Made by a program: the position numbers and the translations under genes. This document shows positions 28,205 to 41,164 of a stretch of 64,000 nt of DNA, in pieces. This stretch comes from Phoronis australis (Eukaryota > Animalia > Phoronida), in the NCBI GenBank assembly GCA_002633005.1, contig NMRA01000679.1:145775-209774 (forward strand), written 5' to 3'. The notes under the pieces were generated by a model. It saw nothing but the letters and a program-made list of their open reading frames with translations. It did no database searches and had not been told where the DNA came from. The first letter of the stretch is position 1. Every line of letters begins with the position of its first letter.

Positions 28205-28404
28205 CTCACGTTCCAGTTTTTCCATAAGTTCTTCATAATCCTTTTTCTCTTTCTTCATTCTTTGAATACGACACTTAGCAAGGAATCTACGAACCAAGCA
28301 CTGTATTTTAAGCATAGCATCATCTTTCTTTGTCCAGGCTGGCTTAGCAACTGTTTCAGACTTTTTAGCACCAGTCCTTTCTGAAGCTTTGCTGTTTGTA
28401 CTTC
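28205..28404 (-). CDS. IQANK1: IQANK1-like exon 2 (IQ motif)
   Basis: tgcag|...|gtact boundaries, 200 bp. Reads GSTNSKASE...KDDAMLKIQCLVRRFLAKCRIQRMKKEKKDYEELMEKLERE, containing an IQxxxRxxxxK motif. Confidence 0.9.
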
Positions 28405-29249
28405 CTGCATTGAAGGAATTTCATAAATTCACAAGCAGTTTTCAAACGTAACAATCAATTCATCTTCAGCTTATATTGTAAATGCATTCTATAAACACTG
28501 GCAGAAAGGCAAATCTCTTGGAAATACAACTTTACCTCCACAAAAGTGCTAATACTTTCAACACCAAACATACAATCCCTCCAACAAAGAATGGTACCAA
28601 AACCAGCTGAGTATCCCGATATAAAGTAAAACAAAACAACAAAAACAAAAAACAACTGCCTGTGTTCTCAAAGACCCAACAGCTACAGACTGACCTGTGT
28701 TGGGTAGTTTTTGAAATTAAAAGCATCTAAATGTCACCTGTTATGCTAATTAGCTCAAACTTCATTGGGACATAAATGGCTAATTAGGTGGCTTCGCAAC
28801 TAAAAAATTTGTATAAACCTTGAAGTATCCAACAACACCACCAACTTCAAACAAGACCAACGCGGAGCGTTGAAATGTGCCAACGAATGCAGCGCAAACG
28901 GGGTACTCCTAGGAAGGGTTGTTTATTTGTATCATAAAATGGCCACTAAATGATGCAAACACATCCAATCCATCAAAAAACAGGAACATGCCATCACTTC
29001 TTAATAGAAAGCTATTTACCAAATTGCATACAAATCTGCCACGCAACTTCAGGGAAACAAAAGAAAATGGAAAAAATGAAATGTCCACTAGGGGGCACAG
29101 CCTTCATTAGATCCACCAAAAAGTCGTCGTCTTTTGTTAGCTTCAAATAAATACACTTACTAAATTTAATAAAGATCCTGCAATGGGTTTAGAAGATACA
29201 GCAATGGGCGCAAAACAAAACAAAACAACCACTAAGAGGCGTCACATCA

Positions 29250-29500
29250 AAGGGTGACTTTTTGATAGCTGGCGACTTTAATGTCAATTTACTACAAACT
29301 TTCAATAATACAAAATTTGGTAATTTTTTGACCACATGTTAAACCTGTCTCTTCTTCCTGAGATAAACTTTCCTACTTGTCTCACCAACAACAGGTGTAC
29401 TCTTATTCACCAAATTTATACAAAATTCTATCCAACCACGAACATGTCTGAGGCTGGTATAGTGTACTTTATCGAACCATTTCCCATAATTTGTGTCTGT
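29250..29500 (+). mobile_element. LINE (CR1/L2-like) APE endonuclease fragment
   Basis: LIAGDFNVNLL...LLPEINFPTCLT...TLIHQIYT...SNHFPI, matching degenerate GDFN, PTR, TLID and SDH motifs. Confidence 0.75.
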
Positions 29501-29659
29501 CAATATTAACTAGAAAGATTATTGTCACAGGGTGACAATAATGGACTCTGCGTGTGCGTATTACTGGAATTATTATGGGAAGTTACTGACAGCAACCTGT
29601 TTACCAATATGAAAAGGAATTCTTTAAAATTGTAGGAGAAATTACTTATTAATTTTTTG

Positions 29660-30750
29660 ATGACCTTTTCACTAATTGACCTCTTTTGGTGCATTATGAG
29701 CCCCGATGAGGCAGTAATTGCTAACTCGATTAAAAGTGTGGTTAATGTTAAAAATCACAGATGTTTTACTTTAAGCACTTCAGAATACAAGATGAATGAA
29801 TTGGTCAAACTTTCAGAAGAAAAATGCACCTAATGACCCCATGGGTGCACCAAATTACCCGAAAATTTAGAATTTAAACTCAATCGCACTTAGTAGTAAA
29901 CAGATATGTAATTTTGAAGTCTCTAGCTCAAAATTTTAGTTTGCACTCAATAACCTTTGACCTATTTTTCTGATTGGTTAGGCCTATTGCAAAGAAAAGT
30001 AGGGTATTCAATTGCCGTTTTGACTTACACCAGTGTGCTAAAATTGAAACGAATTCCTTGAAAAACGTAAGATATAACATTTTGAACGTTACATGACCTT
30101 TGCACTAATTGACCCTATCCGGTGCATTACAAGCGTCTTTAGGTGAATCATTGCAAAGCCCATGGAAAATGTTTCATGCTGAGAATCACAGTTGCCTAAC
30201 AGTTGACACATCACAATACTTGCTGATTGAAAAGGTCAAATTTTCAGAAGAAAAATGCACCTAATGACCCCATGTTTGCACTAAATGACCTGAAACTTTG
30301 GATTCCGAATTGAATTACCTGTACCAATCAGAAATGTGAATTTGAAGTGTCTAGCTCAAAATTTTAGTTTGCACCTTTGACCTATTTAACCTGATTGGTT
30401 GACCTGATTACTTAGAAAAGTAATTTTTTGAATTGTCATGTTGACTTATACCTGTGCACCGAATTTGAAAAAGATAGCTTTAAAACTGGAAGAGTAGCAT
30501 TTTGAAAACTATATGACCTTTGCACCAAACAACCCCTTCCGGTGCATTATGGAATATCATTATATAATGAATCAAAATTTATGTACTGTCAAGTCATATG
30601 CTGAATTTAAACAACGTTCCTGCACCCAATTTGGAGTTATTAAGCCTCAAAGTTGGTCGGAAGAAGCATAAGAAGAATAAGAATAAGAATAAAATTGAAG
30701 AAAACCCAGGAACAACAGTACTCTGCGCTTGTATGCGCAGAGTAATTACA
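29660..30750 (+). repeat. Second HINE-like family: ~430-bp tandem units, (AAGAAT)n and a terminal hairpin
   Basis: The block TTTCAGAAGAAAAATGCACCTAATGACCCCATG occurs at ~29811 and ~30242. Hairpin TACTCTGCGC..GCGCAGAGTA at 30719-30744. Confidence 0.6.
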
Positions 30751-31689
30751 AAAGTAAACCTCATTAACCTAAATTTATTCAGATAAAAGTCAGTCAAAAA
30801 AATCTCACGCCAATTTCAAAACTGAGAATACTTCCATTCCATCCGAAAACCAAAGGATAGTGGCACCTCATTAATAAGATTCCTACAGTCCAAGTTTAAA
30901 GAAAATCTGTTCAAGACCTTTAAAGATACAGAGGTAAATGAAAAAAAAAACTTGCCACTAGAGGGCGCACCAGTGGTCAGATCCATCCGAAAGTCGTGGT
31001 TGTCTGTTGTCAACATCATATACGTAAATACACTTGCTAAATTTAACAAAGATCCTGCAGCAGGTTTAGGAGATAAAGCTATGGGCTCAAAAATGCCACT
31101 AGGAGGCGCCAGAGTAGTTGAAGTCATCGGAAAATCATCATGAGGTGTCCTCTTCATAGTAAGAGCATACAAGCCAATTTCCACAATCATCCTTAAAGCG
31201 GTTTGGTTGATAGAAGAGTGAACGCCAAAAAACAGGTTCAAAAACAGTAAAAATGGCCACTAGGTGACGCAAACTATATTGAATCCTTCCGAAAACAGGA
31301 TGATAACGTTATCTCACTAACAGATGCCTATATGCAAAATTTTATGAAAATCCGTTGAAACCTTTGAAGATACAAAGCTAAGCGTAAAAAACTAAAATTG
31401 CCACTAGGGGACACACCAGTAGTCCGATCCATTCGAAAGTTGTCGTCGTCTATTGCCAACATCATACACTTGCTAAATTTAATAAAGATGCTTCAAACGG
31501 TTTATGAGATACAGCCATAGGTGCAAAAAAAACTGCCACTAGGAGGTTCCACAGTACTCAAAGTCGTTGGAAAATCATTATGAGCTATCCTCTTCATATT
31601 AAGAGCATACATGCCAATTTTCACCATCATCCTTAAGAGCGGTTTGGTTGGTAAAGGGGTGGACGCCAAAAAACAGGCATAAAAACAGT

Positions 31690-32933
31690 AACAAGAGAAA
31701 CACGGAGCGTTGAGATGCGCCCACGAATGCATTGCAAATGGTGTACTTTTAAGGTTATTTATTTGTATCATAAAAATGGCCACTAGATGGCGCAAAAACA
31801 TACAATCCATCCAAAAACAGGAACATACCATATTTCATAAAAATCTGTCGAGGAACTTCAGAGAAACAAAGGAAAACAGAATAAAATGAAATTGCCACTA
31901 GTGGGCACAGTGTCTGTTGGATCTGCCTGAAAGTCGTCGTCATCTGTTGTTATCTTCATATAAATACACTTACTAAATATAGTAAAGATCCTGCAGTGGG
32001 TTTAGGAGATACAACTATGGGTGCAAAACAAAACTACCACTAGGAGGCGCCACAGTAGTCAGTCACCATTATCAAAGGTGGTCTTCATACTGAGAACATA
32101 CATGCCAATTTTCAAATGATTTGGTTGATACAGGGGTGGACGCCAAAAACAAGATTTGAAAACAGCAAAAACGGCCACTAGGTGGTGCAAAATACCTAGA
32201 TTCCATCCAAAAACAGGAACATAGCGTCATCACACCAATAGATGCCTATATTTAAAATTTTATGAAAATCTGTTGAGGACCTTTGAAGATGCTGAGTGGA
32301 ACATAAAAAACTAAAATTGCCACTAGGGATCTGTCCGAAAGTAGTCGTCATCTGTAGTCAACATCATGTAAATACACTTGCTTAAATTAAGTAAAGATCC
32401 TGCCAACGGTTTAGGAGATACAGACATAGGTGCAAAAAAACAAAACTGCTACTAGGAGGCGTCACAGTAGCCAAAATCGAACCGTCCTCTTTATAGTAAG
32501 CACATACATGCCAATTTTCACAATCATCCTTTTAGTGGTTTGGTTGTTAGAGGGGTGGACGCAAAAAACATACTCAAAAACAGTAAAAATGGCCACTAGG
32601 TGGCGCAAACTACGTCGAATCCATCCGAAAACGCAACAATAGCATCACCTCACTAATAGGTGCCTACATATCGAATTTCATGAAAATCCGTTCAGGACTT
32701 TTGAAGATACAAAGGTAAGCGTAAGAAACTAAAATTGCCACTAGGGGGCACACCGGTAGTCAGATCCGCCTGAAAGTTCGCTCATGATGTCCCATGAATA
32801 GAGCATATGTGCCAAATTTCGTGAACGTATGTCAAAGGGTTTTGGAGATAGAGCAGCGGACGCCGGATGCCGCCCGGACGGATGGAGATGACGGCATAAT
32901 GCGTCCACATATAAATATGTGGGCGCATAAAAA
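31690..32933 (+). mobile_element. Complete HINE-like copy nested in the same family
   Basis: Subterminal inverted repeat ATGCGCCCAC (31715) / GTGGGCGCAT (32919), GGAC-type microsatellite and terminal hairpin CCACATAT-AA-ATATGTGG. Inserted in an A-run with no obvious TSD. Confidence 0.75.
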
Positions 32934-33809
32934 TGGTTACTATAGGTGGCACACTACATCGAATCCATCTGAAAACAAGAGGATAGCATCATCTCACTAA
33001 TAGATGCCTATATGCCAGATTTTATGAAAATACGTTGAGAACCTTTGAAGATACAGAGGTAAGCGTAAATAACTAAAATTGACACCAGCGGGCACGCCGT
33101 CATGCTGTCCCATTATAGGAACACGTGAAAAATTTCAAGAACAAACATTACAGGGTTTTGGAGATAGAGCAGCAGAGGCTAGACGGACCAAGATGACGGC
33201 ATAATGCATCCATATCTACATATGTGGGACCATAAAAAATCTATGACATATATTTTAAAAAATCTGACACGGATTTGCCAGAAACTCATTTTTCATTACG
33301 ACAAACAACTATAGTATGAACACATGACAGCAGAGATGAAGGGTGTCGATTGTGGGTACACACTGAGCCAAGTGAGTTGTGTAGCTTACATCAGAAGCAG
33401 AGTAAATGCCAACATAGAGAAACTTGTAATATTAATTCACAATTGTGACAAGTTGACCACAGTTCAAACTGACATGATGATGGTCTGTAATTCAAATCAT
33501 TTTGAGATTACCATTTAAATCACATACATGTGCTTCTGCAGTTGTACTAGATCATTAGGTGGACAAGACAGAAATTCAAAGGCCCATGAAAATTTGGTTT
33601 ATTTTGCATATTATACTGTCAGTGTGCTCCTAGAGTACTTTCTAGTTCTACTCATATCCTTGATGAGTTCAGTAGCAGCCCTTTGTTTACACAAACCTCG
33701 TTAAAAACACGATTAGACTTCTTGTTTGCAAGCTTGATACTGATAAGCTCATAGATTCCTTTCTTCAGGTGTGCAGCTATTTAGTAAAACACCAAGAAAC
33801 ATAACAAAA

Positions 33810-34380
33810 TATACTTCAAAGAATCCACATGTAAAAAATCACGTCTTTTTCTCTTCCCGTTTAAAATTGCACTCCAGCATGACTGAAAATGGGTCAACAT
33901 GCGCCAGATCCGCCATCTTGAAAGCAACTTCCGGTTTTTTGGCTTTGTATAATAGCATGTCATCAGAAACTAATACCTGTAAAAATTCGAAGGAATTGGT
34001 CTTATAATGCGCCCTCTACAGGATAAAACGTTTTTAGGCCAAAATCGAGGTGCGCATGCGCGATCACCGATATTTCCGTCATTTTTAACCAGAAGTAAAC
34101 AATTTCCGGTACACTTGTAGAAAACTTCCGGTCCATTTACTGTGCCCATTCTTAGCCTTTTACGTAAAAAATTGTAGCCTCCAGAAGCATTTGAACCTCT
34201 AAATGAAAACAAAATGGCCGCCACAGCCGCCATCTTGGATCTGATTTTAATGAAAAACAATAGGCTTCCAGTACTTCCGGAAGTACGTGTTACGTGTAAA
34301 TTTCGTGATGATCGGACGAAAATTGCGACCTGTATCGAGCGAACAAACAAAAAAAAAACAAACTTAGTGGAAGAGCAACA
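33810..34380 (+). repeat. Dispersed repeat, copy 2
   Basis: Colinear with 14435-15025. Confidence 0.75.
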
Positions 34381-34759
34381 TACCAAGTAATAAATTAAAA
34401 CATTAACTACATTCTTAGGCTGCATGTCTAGGCATTATGTTTATTAATAATTAGCTGAGCTCACAAATCCAACTAAGAAGGAAGCCAACATCTTGGTAAC
34501 CACGCCACCTATCAGTATCTACATAACATTTCATCTCTCTCAATATAACCAAAAAATATCCACTGTATTCGCCCCAATATCCGCCCATGCCCCTATAAGT
34601 ACCCCCCCCGTTTTCAGACGTTGCTAAAATAAGCACTCAGTGCATGAACGCCGTGTACATGCGAAAAATGCCTTACAGTTCTAAAATTCTACAGTAACGT
34701 CTTCAATTTATCGATAAGATCTGAAAAACATCATTGTGTGCGGAATATGTAGAACACGA

Positions 34760-34975
34760 GCCTCGCTGCTATACACGTCAAACTTCCGCCGTGCTTCAAA
34801 AAGAACGCAAAAGTTTTGCTGACCTTGCAAGGGACGTGTCCTATAATGGTCTGGCCTTTCAGAACAGACGCAGTGTACTTGCCAACGGGATTGTACTGTA
34901 TCTTTCCTGTACAGATCTCCCTCAACGCGAATCCAAATTACTTTGTACAAGTGAAAACCGTGAATTGAAGACTAA
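34760..34975 (-). pseudogene. HIRAN-like domain fragment, probably transposon cargo
   Basis: With one frameshift it reads HGFHLYKVIW...GEICTGKIQYNPVGKYTASVLKGQTIIGHVPCKVSKTFAFFLKHGGSLTC (N-P-x-D and [IV]GH[VL]P pattern). Confidence 0.55.
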
Positions 34976-35404
34976 TAAGAAATTGACCTTTGTTAAAAGC
35001 ACGTGGCCAGGAAGTGTGCACTACATACAAAAACTTTTCATTGAAGATTAGTCTTCAGGAACTATCTATTCATGAAACAGGTAGCATAGCATCAGCAAGA
35101 AATAAATACTGGCATTTATTTCCAAAAGTTTCTAATACCGTAAAAAACGGTTATTACGATTAATTTAATAATTCCTCCTAAAAATAACGCAACCGTTTTT
35201 CATCAACAGGCGTGATTTTCCATAACTCCCTCAAAATGGCACCCAATGAGGAAAGCTTGTCTGAGTGAATAACAGATTTTTATGGATGGACAATTCCATG
35301 AAAAGGTCAACCTCGAGACAAAAAATTAAAATTGTGGCTACACTAACATTTCTCATCTCATCTGAAAGCCCATTCTCTCTAGTTTCAGGACCCATATTTG
35401 ACTG

Positions 35405-35870
35405 CCCCTCAATTTTTACCACCAACAATATTATTTACCTAATAACATGTAAAAAATGTTCTATCCAATACGTAGGACAAACTCAACATAATCTAAAAAC
35501 TCGGTTTCGTAATCATAGATTTAACATAATACATTAGAACATTTCTGATACTATAGGTAATCATTTCAATTCCAAAAACCATAATATTCAAGATCTTTTT
35601 GTACAAATAATATAAAAACTCCAACAACCCAGTACCCCTCACAGACTCAAAAGAGAACAATATTGGATAAACAAACTCAATACACTAGAACCTCATGGAT
35701 TTAACATAAAAATTTCTTAAATTATATCTGAATTTTTACGCAAAAATGTATCATATTCATTACACCATATCTTAAATGTCAATTGTCATAGTGTTTGATT
35801 TTACTTGATTTCTGTTTCTGTTGACATAGGACGTTATTACATCCGAAAATTTCAGTTGACCACATTATAA
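35405..35870 (+). mobile_element. Penelope-like 3' fragment (GIY-YIG endonuclease + 3' end), same family as 55660-57140
   Basis: TTNNIIYLITCKKCSIQYVGQTQHNLKTRFRNH ... REQYWINKLNTLEPHGFN. Clear nucleotide similarity to the reverse complement of 55680-56110. Confidence 0.88.
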
Positions 35871-38800
35871 AATGTAAATAAAACAAAGGGTTAATTTAAT
35901 TAACTTATTGTTTTTCTGTTGGTACCCCGTGTTAGTTAAAGAAATGCTTAGCTTTTGGGAAATTCAAGATACAAAAATATTCATACAAAAGAAATCCCAA
36001 GGTGCTCTAGAGTATACGCAAATAACAAGAGACCTAAAGGAATACATGTCAAGTTATTGTAGTTGGAATCAACATGTTATTTCTGCTCCGACCTGCTATG
36101 CTGTTTTGTGTTGAAAAAGCCGATACCGGGAATTTTGAAGCAGTCAGGAATCTGTCACCTACTTTAGTGAGCATTTTTGTCACACCCTCACTATCTGTAG
36201 GCACTCTTTCTGTGTTTTTAGTGTATTGGGTCATTGGGTGGCTTGTATAAAATTATTTCTTAGCAAATATTTGAATGACAGACGGGATTCTTAGCATCAG
36301 AGTCAAAGAATACTGCAGACACACACAATGCTGTTCTCAATCATTCCTTGACAACTGGTCACATTATAGATTGCTCTGGTGTTCAATCATCCTAGACAAG
36401 GATAATGCCACCCTCACGCTCCTCATAAAGGAGGCTTAATGCATATGAATCAAAATCACATTTATGCATGGGATTTACAAAAATATGTCCTGTTTCAACA
36501 GAATTTAGCTGAGAGTGCAAGGTCAATGGGATGGGCACTTTACATCGAAAGAAATAGAAGATTCATAATAGGGCACTACCACCAGAAAACTGTACCAAAC
36601 TGCTTTGTGTAGCAGTATGTCCACAAATATATGGTAGTTAAATCTTCACTGATGTCAATGTAGCTGGTTGAACATGCCTTTCAATTCAGAAAAGTCGCCA
36701 TGTTGTCCAGCATGAATTGTGAACACTTGACCCACCAAATAAGTTACACCTGGGTGATTAATTCTGGTGTTAACTCTTGGATTGTACAGAATGTTAGGTA
36801 AGGATTCGTGTTACTTACCACTAGAGTATTTGTAAAAATAACTTTTACATACTTTACATCTGTAACCTAAGCTGTTGACGTCACAAGATGGCCGATCTAA
36901 CCGAAATAAAGTCAAAATTTGGCACATAAATAGCGATAACTTTTGAATTCACTATGCGATTTTGATAATCTTTTTCATTTTTGTGTTCCAGACATCAACA
37001 CCCATTTTTTGTGATGTAGGCTTTTGTCTTCAAACCAAAAAGACAACAACTTCATACAGTCTCGAACCCTTAATTCAAAAGAATTTTTTGTAAATAAAAG
37101 CTAAATTACAAATTATTCAAGCCAGCCTAAAAAGTGTCTCTAAGGCTGCCAACCGTTTTGGGTATTGGCACCAGGCAATTTGAACATCATCACTTGCGCC
37201 TGCGTAATCTCTGACCCATGGTCAGTTACAAACACTCAATGCCAAGTGAAATGTCAGACAGCATTATTTACTTTGAAACCATTTTAAAAGCAATGAAGTT
37301 ACACAAACTTTCGTGCTTGTAGAATACGTAACATTGGAGCATTTTTTAGAACAAAAAATGAAAAAGCCCATTCACGAGATTTTTTAAATTTGTTCACATA
37401 TCCATGATCTATCCAAAAACATATATTTCAATGTCCACAGGCCTAAAGACAGGCTTGTAGAAGCACTTGAGTGACACGCACTACAAGGAAGTGCTTTCGA
37501 ATTTATCTCCCGTCACGAGATGAATACAGTGAAATCATTAATATCAATTTTATTAATTTTATTTGATAGTCCTCATATCCTGACCATTATGTGTTTTCTG
37601 TCATTGCATGCAATATACAAAGGCAACACGTAGCACCTTGGTTGTCCGGTTAGGGGCTACAATGCTTTTCATGGATTTCTGAACGAATTTCGTCTTGTGC
37701 ATTTTAAACGCACAGTAGGCGAAATCCACTCACTGACTAAGAGTTTTCACCATGTCAAAAATACATTCTACACTTAAAATTATGACTTAATTACACATGA
37801 AGTATAGCTATGCCAATTAAGGTAACTTTGGCAAAGAATTCAAACTTCACTTTTTGGTCATCGTTAACTTTTTCACCAAGCGCACGGTATTTCAACTGGG
37901 TCACGTGAGTTAGGCAAAAGCTAGCGTGAGACTGAGCGAAGCACGCGACAGTCTGGCGCATGACACACGCCAAATAGCATGGGAAGGTATGAGGTGAAAT
38001 TTGTAAGATTTGTGTCCCTAATGGACTTTTTATTCGTCAACATGCGTGATTTCACAGAACTTCCTCAAAATCGCATCTAGCAAAAGAAACTAGAGCAAAC
38101 CGCGACAAATTTTCATGAATTACGGCGTTTTCCCCATTCTATAGCCCAACAACAAGTTAGGAAGATGACCCCTGTAGCCAATATCTTACACGACTGACTA
38201 ACTCCAAACTTTCATTTAGGGTTAGAGGGCCAGCTCTCTTTTGTTCGATAATTGCCCTAATTTCAAATCAGATCGTATCTAGCCTGACTGGGCTGTGCTG
38301 TTAAAAACAAAAGTTAAGTTCTAACATATTTCATGATGGCGTTCTGTCGTTCTGTAACTTTTCCAGACGTGAGGGGTGCTGAGCGTGCGATAACATCTGG
38401 CTCCTTTGTTAACTGCCCACAGTCTTTTGTCCCGTATGATAACAAGAAGAAAATTATCTCCCAGGCTTCAAAGGGTTACTAAACATGGTAGAACTGCTCT
38501 CAACACCGGGTAGAGGTTTTCACCAACAGTGAATAAAAAATGGTAACCGAGGTGTCGTGTTTTCTCCGTTTGTTAATAAGCATTTCATTGGCATTTGGAC
38601 TTGTTCCACAAAAGATTTATCTTCATTTTCGAGTGAACACTAGCAAGCCTAATTACAACGAGAAGTTGAGGAGCTCTCAAACTGTGTTACATAGTAAAGC
38701 CGCTCATTTTGGAAGTTTTGACGTGCGGTTTTGAAGACCACTCGTTCTGGATTTACCCCGACCCAAAAATGTATACGCACCCCTGAGGAACGGATCCCAG

Positions 38801-39104
38801 CGGCCTGTTATATTAATAAAGTCGAACGCTCGGCGTAGCTGACCCTATAAGCATCAACGCCAGCGCCTTTATGAGAATAACAGTGGGTATACCAGTACTG
38901 TGTGATTCATTTTTCTTAACACTTCAAAATCTTATTTGTGTACCATTTGCACAAACTCAAATGAGAGACCTCATTTCATTACAGCAGACTTTTGGTACTT
39001 AAGTTATGGGAACCAGTAGTCAAAATTGCAGATTCTGTGGTTGCACGCTATTACCGAACGCGCATGAACACATGCAGCCAAACCCAGTGCGTTGGTAATC
39101 TTAA

Positions 39105-39515
39105 CTTCTGTTGTAGTTGGGCGATTTTGGTGATTCAAAAACTAAACATGATCAGCATTTGACAAGGAACTCAGAAATGCTATTGGTGTATGTTCAAATA
39201 TGTAAAACATAGCTTTCAGTTTTAGCAGCACAGCCCATGCAGTCAGGCTAGATACGATCTGATCGGAGATTAGAGCAATTATCAAAAAAAAGAGAGCTGG
39301 CCCTCCAACCATAAATGCCAGAACGGAAGTTAATCAGTCGTGTAAGATATTGGCTACAGGGGTCATCTAATTCCCAACTTGTTGTTGGACTATAGAATTG
39401 ACCAACAGGAAAATGCTGTAATGTGAACATAAATCAATAGCATTTCAAAATTCCACGTCAAATGCTGATCATATTTAGTTTTTGAATCGCCAACATTGCC
39501 CAACTGCAACCGAAG
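39105..39515. repeat. Inverted-repeat element with ~100-bp arms (MITE-like)
   Basis: 39105-39205 is the approximate reverse complement of 39420-39515 (GATTCAAAAACTAAACATGATCAGCATTTGAC / GTCAAATGCTGATCATATTTAGTTTTTGAATC). Confidence 0.65.
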
Positions 39516-40396
39516 CAACGACAATATTCTTTTGGAATGTAGCTCTGGTGTTGACTGTTCACCTGTGGTCTGTAATAAGCCTGATAGATAATTGGCCTGC
39601 CTGTTGTCATAGCAGACAAAAGACTGTGCTTGGCAGTTAACAAAGGAGCTAGTTACGAAATCGTGACAAATGGGCAGTTGCCGTTCATCCGAAACTTATC
39701 CATATCATCCTAGACCTTCAATTTGCAGGGGAGTTGCTCCGGACGGGCTTTTTTGGAAGATTTTTGTGCTTTGACTGGGAATTTCTTGCGAACTGGGTGA
39801 AGCAGGACACCGTCAATGGTATTGGGAGAAAGAACAATTCTTCATGGTTTGTTGAACCTCTGTTTTGTGTAAATCGATTGAGTTTTGTGTTTGCTATGGA
39901 TGGCTAAAGTGAAGCACCCGTGGAATTTCTAGTCGGGAGTGTCATACCTTGTAATATTATTATAGTGTATTGGGGACGATCAGAAGCTGAGGACGCCTGG
40001 TGTCCAGAGTCAAGGTATTTGTGTTAACTAATAACTCTATATTCCTGCATATATATAAATGGTTCATTTGATTTTATTTGCTGTACTGTCGCCCCTGTAT
40101 GCCTGTGGCATCCAGGGCAATGTAATTGCAATGCCTAGCAATATACATGTACCTGTTTTATATCAGTATTAGAAATTTGCTGCTTTTGGTTTGCAAAAAC
40201 TTGTCATTTTGTTTGTAAACCCTTGAAGGCCTATAGGTAAATTCTAAGAGGTCAATAAGTGCAAAATTGGTGATTTATATCAGAGCCACATCATGATCAC
40301 ATACACAAAGAGCTGAATCTGGAAGTGATTTTTTGATTTCTTTTCTCGTAGAATGGCTCTTAATTTAGTAAAACAAGCAAAAAATGGACAGACTAC

Positions 40397-40553
40397 CTGA
40401 CTTTGTGGTTTTTGTTGGGGGACCAGTTGTCTTTTTACCAGTTGTCGAAGACTTGGAAGCTGTGCCTGTGGTAGACGTTTTGGCTTTCGCAACCGCTTTT
40501 GCAACAGGTTGTTTAGCACTTGGCTTGCCTGGAGACGGCTTCTTGGGCGGCAT
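40397..40553 (-). CDS. IQANK1: IQANK1-like gene, coding exon 1 (MPPKKPSPGKPSAKQ...TTKS)
   Basis: ATG at 40553 starts a K/P/T-rich N-terminus. Donor AG|GTAGTC. 157 bp, phase 1, joins exon 2 in frame. Confidence 0.85.
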
Positions 40554-41003
40554 ACTAAAGCAGGCAGTTCGAACTAATTCTTCATGAACACACGATCAAA
40601 ATGCTGGATCGCAATATCCAATTTTACGAGAAAATGGCAATGCTCGGTGTAAAATTGTAAAAACAGTTTACGTTGACAGGTACCCGGCCATATTTAAACA
40701 ATCTCTGCTCGTTCGGATAAATCCAACCGTTTGGCCGTCCGGAACCATACGGGTCACTCCGGCTATTTCCGTAACCTCTAGTTTGAGGTGTTCCTGTTTC
40801 AGTGAGCTTTTCCGGCGGATGCAGAGTCGCCGGGTAGGATGCAGAATGGTGAATATTGACCAAAACCCTTTTGCCAGAGACCATAGAGACCACAGATATC
40901 TTATACCCTGTGATGTTTCTCTTTCTTTTCAGAGTATGGGTTTACAGTAAAGGAAATATCTAATTTCTACATGGTCAGTCCCCGTACTATCAATTACCGC
41001 TTA

Positions 41004-41164
41004 TGTAGAATGCCTACCTGAACAATAACCACAGCACCAGCTTGAAACGTCCGATCAGACTCAAGAGAGTAGACCCGGAGTGGCCACTCAACCAAACAAT
41101 AAACCACAACCGAGGCCATGCACTCGGTCAGCATCGGAGAAGTCCGTAAATATTACCCACCATA
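41004..41164 (-). repeat. 3' LTR of Gypsy element 2
   Basis: Direct repeat of 47901-48055, abutting a poly-C run (poly-G PPT on the minus strand). Confidence 0.93.

Larger units (their letters stand above)
28850..33238 (+). mobile_element. Helentron-associated non-autonomous (HINE-like) element with internal tandem repeats, carrying nested insertions
   Basis: Starts AACAAGA..CGGAGCGTTGAAATG, has ~440-bp internal repeats and ends with a hairpin-like CATATCTACATATGTGGG followed by AAAAA. Interrupted by a LINE fragment, another HINE family and a copy of itself. Confidence 0.65.

Noticed and set aside
30950-33100. Regularly spaced short motifs superficially like a CRISPR array
   Set aside because: The 'spacers' are themselves homologous repeats of ~130 bp, there are no cas genes, and the context is a eukaryotic intron.
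40748-40760. TACGGGTC as the left terminus of the transposase-HECT element
   Set aside because: No matching inverted copy or TSD was found at 58-64 kb.
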